A stretch of 64,000 nt of DNA. It comes from Lama glama. Lineage: Eukaryota. The notes beneath the pieces are model-generated. The model saw nothing but the letters and a program-made list of their open reading frames with translations, made no database searches and was not told the DNA's origin. Both the position numbers and the translations under genes were made by a program. The DNA is taken from assembly GCA_028534125.1 (NCBI GenBank), contig CM052816.1, forward strand, positions 7,690,001 through 7,754,000, read 5' to 3'. The first letter of the stretch is position 1, and each line of letters opens with the position of its first letter. Shown piece after piece: positions 23,417-32,299 of the stretch.

Positions 23417-26075
23417 TGTAGATTCCATCTTACTTTTCCCGGGGACCCCAGTGGCCTTTGCCAGTGACAAATCCCTCTTCTGTCTTTTGTCCTGTCCGTC
23501 ATTCTTGAGGGGCGCCAAGAGGCGGTGGTCTGTCTTCTGTAACTGCTTCCTGCTGAGTTTGGGCATCATCATAACTGGGAGTAGAGAAGCAGAGCTTTTC
23601 CCTAGCTGCCTTTGGGCGTGTTTAATTGTCAACAGGCCTGACTGTATCCCCGAGCAATCACCATTTGAAGTTTTATAGATGCTAACCTTTTGGAGACTAA
23701 AGACACCAGACAGTTTAAGATACATAGCCCAAAGGTCAGCAAGAGGACAGGGGTTATTAAGGGGAGGGGGAGGGGGAGGGCTTGTTTTACCCCTGCTCCA
23801 GGTTTGTTTGGCCAAATTAGGCTGGCTTGCTTCTGTTGCCCAAGTTGCTTTTTCTTGTAGCTTGGTTGCACTTTCTTCAATCAGGCCACTGTGGGTTCTG
23901 TTTGTTGTGGGTTTTGTCCAGCAAAAGTACCACTGAAGAAGAATGAAATTACTCAGACTTTATCAAGTCAAGAGAGTGAGGGGGAGCCAGAGACCAACTC
24001 CCCAAGCTCCTCCAAAGCTCTTGTATTTATTGAGAATAGTTAAAGAATCAAAGTAAAATACGTCATAGGAATGAGTAAGGGGCATGGTGTATGTACAGAG
24101 ATGTAGATCAGCAGTTTCAGTTCGTGAAAAATGGAAACATTATAATCTCTCAGGAAGTAGACAATTGATAGTACAAATGGTTATTTTAAACCTCGAACTA
24201 TCATGAGCAAGGTTATAGTGTTCCGAACGATTGACAATGAAAACCAGACCATCATAGAATCTCCACACAATGATCAAAAATTGTCTAAGCATGCGAAGCA
24301 GCCCAGCTATTCCCCGCTAAGGGCTAAGTCACAGTTTTCTGTGAGCAAGAGCAGCCTACTCTATCCACCTACGCCTGATTAGTGAAGCATGTCCTGCCAG
24401 TAAGGGCAAGGGACGAGTTACAATTTTCCATAAGCACAAGCAGCCCTGAACCTATGACCTAGAGCTAAGCAAAGCAAGCAAAGCATGTCTCTGCTTTTTG
24501 TGGCAATGAGACAGATTGTAGCAGATTCCTGCGAGCAAAGCAGCTTTAAGGCAACTAAGCTAAATTTCATAGATAAGGTGATGACTGGTACTGAGAGATC
24601 GGTCTTTTGTGCGCTTAGACATTTTGCTTTGAAGTAGCAGGATAAAGACAAATATAGAAAGCATTGGTTTTGATTATACATTTCTTATGTGCTTACATAA
24701 AGGTGAGAATATGATTTGGTAAAAACAATCGTTAACAATATCAAAGTTTGTTAACCCAAGTTTGCGCTCCCACAGGCCACTAGTACTGATGTAAAAGCAA
24801 CATGATGTATTGACCAGCACACAGACTCCTTCCCTGGGCAGCTAGCAGATAATCTAGGACAGTCCAGTTACCCTAAAATCCCTGCTGCTGGGCAAGGCAT
24901 ATACAGCTACTTATCTTTTGCCATTTCTCAGGAAAGGAGTTTTAGGTCGGAGAGAGGTTCACGAGTGTAGTCGGGGTGGGGCGGGGCAGTGCAGTCTGTT
25001 GTCTCAGGTTATTTCTCTGGAGGTTGGGGCTCAGGAGTCCACTTCATTTGAGTGTCATGTACACACGGAGTAATCCTGTGCAACTTCAGGGCAGAATGGA
25101 TGTTTAGGATCACTAAGTGGATTCCCGTCCCCTTAGGAGTGATCTGATCTTGTGGCCTTCCTGTTTTCCAGGCTTTTGGGTACACTCAGTGTCCTGGCTG
25201 GAAGGGATGTAGGGCCAGGTCAGTAGGTTTGGGCAGCACCTGGTTACCATGTTTTGTGAGACTTTCAATGCTTTCTCCTACCTGGAGAGCATATGTGAGT
25301 TGTTCCATTTTCAAGGGGTTTAAGGAATCCCTTCTTTGAGGCTTGGGGAATGGGTCTACCACACGAATTCAAATATACTTAAACTTATCTCTTGGGGCTA
25401 ACCATACTTGAAGCAGAGCAATCAGAAGCAACTTAATCCTTTTTTTTTTTTTAATTTCCTAACATAGCTTGGCTAAGCACCATTTCAAGGTCTGATTGCA
25501 TCGCTCTACCTTCCCCAGTGATTGCGGTCTCTAGGCTGAGTGTAAGTTCCATTTTATGCCCAGGACACTCGTTATCCCCTTTGTCACTTGAGACACAAAT
25601 GCTGGGCCATTATTGCTTTGTAGGGATCCTGGGAGCCCAAACCTGGGGATTATGTCTTTTAGCCTTAGCCACTTCGGCTGCTGTTTCAGTTCTAGAAGTG
25701 AATGCTGATACATGTAATTTCTTGATACTGTCAACGTTAACAGTGAAATCAGTCTGCCAGCCTTCTCCAGATTATATCCCTCTGGTTTGAATGGGTCTTA
25801 TCTGGGGGCCTCCAGGCAGTCTGGTGTTGGGTTATTTATTGCACAAATGGGGCAGATCTCAACTACCCAACTGATGATGTTTTTGATGCTCGGGTTATAG
25901 GGAAGCCAGTTATATAAGGCTTCCTTGCCATAGTGAGCTCCTTAATGGGCCTCCCCACTGGCTTGGCAAGCTACAGTTTGGGGCATTAAGAAGCCACTCA
26001 TGGCTCCCCAAATCCCTATTGAAGCCCCATTTTTGGGCGTTGTCTAATTCTTCCTTTGTGTAGGTTGGGGAATAA
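23417..26075 (-). mobile_element. ERV1 internal remnant: integrase and env TM, with SU largely deleted
   Basis: Integrase core IIPRFGLPGSLQSNNGPAFVSQVTK...KWNLHSA (ORF 25531-25734). Env ISD and CX6CC 'TVLDYLLAAQG-GVCVLVNTSCCFY' at ~24872-24781. Env tail LLLTFGLCILNCLVSLVSKRLASIKLQMV (ORF 23629-23880). Many stops and frameshifts. Confidence 0.9.
23890..24774 (-). mobile_element. 885-bp solo LTR (ERV2-like) inserted in the ERV1 env
   Basis: Ends TGTGGG...CCCACA with a perfect 6-bp TSD GGCCAC (23884-23889 and 24775-24780); minus-strand AATAAA near 24030. Env reading continues across the excised element (STSGLIEES). Confidence 0.9.
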
Positions 26076-26084
26076 TTGGATGCA

Positions 26085-26582
26085 TCTGTGCTACACAGTA
26101 TAAACTTGTTGTTTATCTATTTTATACATGGTAGTTAGTATCTGCAAATCTTGAACTCCCAATTTATCCCTTCCCCGCCGGTAACCATAAGTTTGTTTTC
26201 TATGTCTGTGAGGCTGTTCCTGTTTTGTAAATAAGTTCATGTTTTTTTTTTTAAGATTCTACATAAAAGTGATATCATATGGTATTTTTCTTCCTCTTTC
26301 TGCCTTACTTCACTTACTGGCTTACTCCAGGTCCATCCGTGTTGCTGCAAATGGCATTATTTTATTCTTTTTTATGGCTGAGTAATATTCTTTTGTATAA
26401 ATATACCACAGCTTCTTTATCCAGTCATCTGTTGATGGACACTTAGGTTGTTTCCATGTCTTGGCTATTGTAAATAGTGTTGCTATGAGCATTGGGTTGC
26501 ATATATCTTTTTGAATTAAGGTTCTCTCTGGCTATATGCCCAGGAGTGGGATTGCTGGAGCATATGGTAAGTCTATTTTTAG
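26085..26582 (-). mobile_element. L1 3' region (cetartiodactyl-type), lacking the extreme 3' end and poly-A
   Basis: 'gttgctgcaaatggcattattttattcttttttatggctgag' and 'cccaggagtgggattgctgg'. Confidence 0.85.
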
Positions 26583-29353
26583 GTTTTGTGTGTGTGGTTT
26601 TTTTTAAACATCACTGATACATATATGGTAGTCTGGACCTGCTCGTGGTATCAAAATCAGTGCCTCTTCATATGGCAATAACAATGCATTTAATATTAAC
26701 TCACAGGTTAAGTCTGCAAAGGACCTCATAACATTACTTTGGCTAAACTTAAAATTACACAGCAATTTTAGACAACACTCAGATAAACATAAATATGTGG
26801 AGTGTGAAGCACTTATTTTATGGAGCTTAAATTATGGTAAAAACTATCAAGTGAAAACTGAAAATAAAAGTAAAAGCACTTTACAGTAGAAAACTTTTGT
26901 TAAGGGTACCTTTTAAAGTCTTTATAGCACACTGTTAGTAACTTTTGTTTTTAACACTATTATGGAATACCCTACTTTGTGTTAAAAGATTTTTGAAATA
27001 AGAAAATAGTGAAGTTTTCCATGTGGTTGTCTAAAAATCTAATAACACATTTATATGTACAGCATCCTTAGTAGCTGCTAAAACGAATGTGAAGTTTACA
27101 GGATCTAACATCGTACACAGCGATAAACAGTAGAAAAAACATTCTCCCAATGAAGGCAAAAATAGGACTTAAAAGAATGTAATCTCAGTTGACTTTATAG
27201 CATTCCTATAAGAAATACATGCATATTGCACAAACAGTGAGAGCAAATGTTCTACTAAGGAATTCATTTCCAGCTGGGAGATAAAACAGCATTAGCCTAT
27301 AGATGGCAATGATCTCAGAAAAGCATATGTTCTTTTCTGTACATGATAGAGATGTGAAAACAGAGAAGTGTCTGCCACGTGAAGAGTTAGAAAAAACCCA
27401 AACCCAAACTTAGATATAAAGCAAAAAACTAAATGTTGGAAAACTGAAAACTGTGGCAGACCCAAAAATGTTGAATAACTGTCTTTCGTGAGAGCTGAAA
27501 GTTTCTGTTGACACAAAAGTATTTATGTACAACTAAGGCTTACTGGTTAAATATCTGAGGCATATCTGAGGCATATCTGTCCTTAAACATTTTATATGCT
27601 GGAGGTGTGTAGGTGTCTGAAGTGTATTTAAAACAATAAGAATAATAGGTAATTTAGGTTGCAACTGGTGTAAAAATTGACAATTTAAAGCTTTATTAAC
27701 CTTTTTAAATTTTTTGATAGCTTCAGGGGTTAATGTACGTAATGAGGCAGGTTTTTTATCTCCTTTTAACAATTGAAATAAATGATATAATTGGACTGTA
27801 GATACTTCTAAAAAAAGGTCTGATCCAGTTAATATGTCCTAGCAATTGTTGTAATTGAACTAATGTTATACAAGGCTTGATATCTCATTTTATATTGTGT
27901 GACCTAATAGTTTGTGCGTTAATAGTTATCCCAAGAAACTCTCAAGGTTGCATTTTTTGTACTTTATCTTGAGCAACAAAAAGGCCCTTAGTTTGTAAAA
28001 ATGTAACAGTTTTTTGAAATAATAAAAGGAGATTAGGTTTGTCTTTCATAGCCAGTAAAGTGTCATCCATATAATGAAAACAGCTTTGTGCAAAGGGAAT
28101 GAGAAAAAACAATTTCTTATGTCAATAACAATTAAGGGCCAAGAGTCAGGAATAAGTGAAGGATTGGGTAGCCCCTTCTGTAAGGGTCCCATAGGTTGCA
28201 TTATAGCATTTATAGCACGCAAATCTTGCAATAACCTCCATTTTTTAAATTTTTTTCTTGATTACAAAAACAGGTGTGTTTCAAGGACTAGTAGAAGGTT
28301 TTAAATGACCCAACTTTTGTTGTTTTGCAACCAGTTTTTGTAATGCTTGTAGTTTTTCTTTAGGAAGGGGCCATTGCTCCATCCAAATAGGTTGTTATTG
28401 GGTCCATGTTAGAGCAATGGGGTTAATATTTGGGATAGTAGCGGCAGTCCCTATTAAAAAGGATCAATCTTTAAGGTTAGGTTTTACTGAGCAAGAAGGT
28501 CCTTGCCCCACAGAGTGCAGGGTATTGGTAATATAAAAGAAGTTACAAAGGCCATTTTATTTTTAGGCCCTCGGACCTCTAGTGGGTGAGAACTTATTTT
28601 AGGTGCCATTAGTCTATAAACTCTTTGTACAGTAATATCAGATTTGTGTTTTTGCCAATCAGAAGGCCAATGAAAACTAGAAATAATAGTTTTGTCCACT
28701 CCTGTGTCCAATAACCCCGTAAATTGCTTTTCTTGTATCAAAACTGTTAATATAGGTCTGTTACCAGTTAATGAATGTGTCCAAAAAGCTTGCTGTCCTT
28801 TCCGAAGCCTTTATCTCCTCTATTATTTTTAGCAAATTTTTGAGCCGGTAAATAAGGTATTAAAATAGTTTGAGCAATTTGAGATTGCTTAGGAGTAATG
28901 TAATAAGAGGCATGAACAATAATTTTAATTTCTCCAGTATAATCATTATCAATAACACCAGGTAAAACTGTTAACCCTTTTAAGCCCACAGATGATCTCC
29001 CTATTAACACTCCAAAATACCCAGAAAATAAAGGTCCCCAGACTCCAGTAGAGATTAAATAGGTTTTATTACTGTTACTTATCAACTCATTATCAATAGT
29101 ATCTAAACTTGTGCTCCTGGGGGAAGCTGTGATGAGGTCAGAAATGGTGGGATGGGACATTGGCTGACAGCGATTTCCTATATTTGTTTTTGAGGGACAC
29201 CTGGGAGGGTGCCCCACTTTGAAATAGCCTTTAAATAAACCCTCTGTTGTACTGTCAGCTGCTGTCCCATGGTTAGTTCGCGGCACACCTGATAGGCTGA
29301 AAAATCCCTGATATAAATTTTTCCCCTTACTTACATGTAGTCGCCGTGCTGAT

Positions 29354-29372
29354 ATCACATCGGTGGTCACCA
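29354..29372 (-). promoter_or_regulatory. Primer-binding site, tRNA-Trp-like
   Basis: TGGTGACCACCGATGTGAT compared with the tRNA-Trp complement TGGTGACCCCGACGTGAT: one insertion and one C>T. Confidence 0.75.
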
Positions 29373-29374
29373 AA

Positions 29375-29789
29375 TGATGGTGTCACGGTATCATGTACAC
29401 ATAGACACCGTATGCAGAGAGAGCTGATGGCTACTCTGAAGCTTTATTAAGTTACACAATCTTATGTAGCAAAGAAGAACGACAAGGGAGATGGTTAACA
29501 GGCAGTGTCTGGCTCAAGGTCAGAAGACTTTTTATGTTTTGGTAAATCATGTTCATGTTGGCACCAGCGAGCCTTACAGCTTATCAAGGCAGAATGTATG
29601 AGAAACGGCTGCTTCACAACATTCTTCTTGGACTCAGGCGGCTGTGCCTGCCTCAGGTTGCCCCCCTCTGGGGATCTTACCCGTCCTTGGCTAACCAGCC
29701 TTCTCACCTCTGAGTCTGCAGCTTTTTATAACTTGTTTACCCTTCCGGCCCAAGGCTCGTTCCTTTGTTCCCACAGTTAGGGGCCTACA
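29375..29789 (-). mobile_element. 5' LTR (415 bp) of the beta-like provirus
   Basis: Minus strand runs TGTAGG...ACACCATCA, AATAAA near 29445, followed by TT and the PBS. Confidence 0.85.
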
Positions 29790-31164
29790 GAGGTGTAAAC
29801 ATGTTTTCTCAGCTATTTTTGAAAAATCATACAACCCACTTCTCAGCACCTGCCTTAACGTGAAACAATGGCCTTGATACAAGAAAAAAAATTAAACAAG
29901 TGAAAGAAAAATCCCAGATAAGTGGGCATTTGGCAGGATATCCCAAAAGTGGTCGTCTCCAGAAATTCTTCCCAGGTTTCCAGTGACTTTGAGTTATGGT
30001 ACACTGGGTTACAAATATGTGCAATTCCATTACTTGCTGCTTCTGAGTTAATTTGAAAAGATTGCAATGACTCTGATCAAGGCCCCATTTTCATCCTTTA
30101 GGCTCTGGTTTTCTGTGTTAGATCTGGTGACATGTTGAGCTCTTCTTTCGATTCAGATATTCTCCTTTTTAGAGCTTAGTTCCCTTTCCCCCATTTCCAT
30201 TAATAACCTCTCTGCAAATCTTTCTTGTCGCTGGGTGGTCTTTTCCATTGGAAATTTAAGACCTGTCCGTTCCATATTTGTATCATGTCGCTGTGCTTTC
30301 AGCTTTTCATTTTCAGTTACAATTTGTTCTTAATGCTTTTTAAAGTCAGTGGAGTCACCCCTTTCTAGCCTACTACTTTTAAATCTTTCTTTTTTCTAAG
30401 TAACGGTATGATCCAGAGCAACCCGACAAGGAATCATACCAATCACGAGCTGACATGAAACTTGTTTTACATCTAGAAATGGAATCCGAGTTTCTTTCTT
30501 ATTGGAATCCTCTTCTGTACCTTTTTCATTCTCGTCGCTGTCTTGTGTCGCAAGTGAAACTCCTGTGGATCTTGATCACTGTCCTTCTCTGATTGATTTA
30601 GGTTGTGATTTATTTTCTCCTTCTTTTCCCTCTACTCTCTTCTCTCTCTCTTTTTCTTTTGTTAATCTCTGGAAGAAGCAGAAATATACCTACAAGATTA
30701 TTTGGCCTGTTTAGTTGACTTGAACCATAGAGTGAACTGTTCATGGTAGAAAGTGAGTAGGGTGGAGTGGAGCTTGAGGTTGACTGTGGTCTATAAGGCT
30801 GAGAAGTCTCATCGTATATTATATCCTGGAGTACTTTTGCTTATATTCATCTTCTCTAGATGTTTCTGATTCCTTCTTTTCTTCTTGCTTCTCTTTATCT
30901 TGTTTCTCTTTTTCTCCATTTTCTTGTTCTCTGATTTGGGTATAATGATTCTTGCTATTGTTTTTTTCAGCTTCCTGAAGATCAGTCATTGTCACCCCCC
31001 TGAGTTGATCTTCTAGACTGTCCTGCTTGTGTAGATCTTGCTTTCCTTTGAGATTCAAACTCTTCATCTTGAACAGGAGTGAAGTATGACCTGTGTGTCT
31101 CCCTAAGCTCTGATGTGGAGCAAGCAGTGCCAGCAGCAGTTGTAGTCAGGGTTATTCGCTGGGG

Positions 31165-31555
31165 GAGTTTTGATTACTTATTCAGTCTCCTTACTGGCTT
31201 TAAATCTATTCAGATATTCTATTTCTTCATTATTTAGTCTTGCTAAGTTTTGAGTTTCCAGGAATTTGTTTATTTCATCTAGATTATTCCATTCGTTGGT
31301 GTGCAATTGTTCATCATAGTCTCTTACAGTCTTTTTTAATTCTGTAAAATCAGTTGTAATGCCCCCTCTTTCATTTCTGATTTTAGTTATTTGAATATTT
31401 TCTCTCTTTCTTAGTCAGTTTAGTTAAAGGTTTGCCAATTTTGTTGATCTTTTTGAAGAACTAATTCTCGGTTTCATTGATTTTCTCTGTTGGTTTTTAT
31501 TGTCTATTTTGTTTATGTCTGCTCTAATCTTTATTATTCTCTTTCTTCTGGTAGC
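31165..31555 (-). mobile_element. L1 ORF2 fragment
   Basis: 'tctattcagatattctatttcttc...aggtttgccaattttgttgatcttt' is antisense L1 ORF2. Confidence 0.8.
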
Positions 31556-32299
31556 CTGGAGGAGCAGACACTCTTAATTATCATCATACAGTATTTTATC
31601 ACATTAGAATTACATTGTATTATGACACTGTGTTCTTAGATGACTAATTACATCTCAGTTCTCTAAGGCTAGCAGACCTCCATGTGTGACACCCCCAAGT
31701 ATTCCTAGTTATCCTTGCTTTATTTTATTTCTTAAATGGCACTTTTGTAGCATTGTAGTTTATTTTGCTTATTGTCTATCTATCTTGGTAGCATTTAAGC
31801 ATGACTGGGACAGGAATATTTAGTTATATTAAAATGATATAGCTCAAGTACTAGAAGAGAGCATGACACATAGTAGATGTTCACTAAAAATTTGCTGAAT
31901 GACTAAATGATAGTGTGAATGAACAGTTTTACTGGTTTAACAACCTGTGTGGAATTACATTCCAAAATTTTATAGATCAGAAAGCTTATAACATGTGGAT
32001 AAACTGGGATTAAGAATGACCAGAATAGAAATGAAGACCAGAAGAAAAAGGTATTTTCGTTTTGGGGAGATAATCTAAATCTTTCTAACTTGCTCTGGTA
32101 CTTGGTGAGAGTAGGAATAAATCTGTATGCTAGTAAGAGGAGTGTTCTCAAAAGCCCTGAGGTGAAGGTGAATTAGGGAAGAACAAGAATGTCTGAAGTG
32201 GAATGAACGAGGGGAAGTGATTTATAATGATGTCAAAAAAGCGAGGAAGAAGCAGATAATGTAGGGCATCTTAAGGCATGGTGCAGAGGTTTTTTGTTT

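Larger units (their letters stand above)
27608..29789 (-). mobile_element. Defective betaretrovirus-like (ERV2) provirus: 5' LTR, PBS, gag stub, dUTPase, protease, partial RT
   Basis: Gag start MGQQL at 29270. dUTPase motifs GRSS, GVIDNDYTGEIKI, RGDKGFG (ORF 28768-29373). Protease GLLDTGVDKTII (ORF 28484-28741). [17 protein letters not shown] and YMDD at 28073-28062. 6-bp TSD GAGGTG at 27602-27607 and 29790-29795. Confidence 0.93.
26586..31153 (-). pseudogene. PPP1R12A: 5'-truncated processed pseudogene of PPP1R12A (MYPT1): 3' CDS 31153-30048, 3'UTR 30047-29790 and 27607-~26586, split by an ERV
   Basis: Intronless translation RSYFTPVQDEEFESQRKAR...RRSTQG/VTMTDLQEAE...EKQDKEKQEEKKESETSREDEYKQKYSR...RSTGVS...KDENGALIRVI matches recalled MYPT1, with frameshifts and stops. 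Assigning 27607-26586 as continued UTR rests on the GAGGTG TSD and its UTR-like composition. Confidence 0.88.

Noticed and set aside
23629..24872. Syncytin-like captured env
   Set aside because: SU is deleted, TM is frameshifted and interrupted by a solo LTR.
26600..27600. Host mRNA sequence transduced by the beta-like ERV
   Set aside because: The GAGGTG TSD shows the ERV inserted into a pre-existing PPP1R12A retrocopy UTR, so this segment is flank rather than cargo.
28768..29373. Domesticated functional retroviral dUTPase (201-codon ORF)
   Set aside because: The ORF starts at a GTG inside the PBS, motifs I and V are damaged (GSAG to RSTS, GFGST to GFGKD), and nothing indicates selection.
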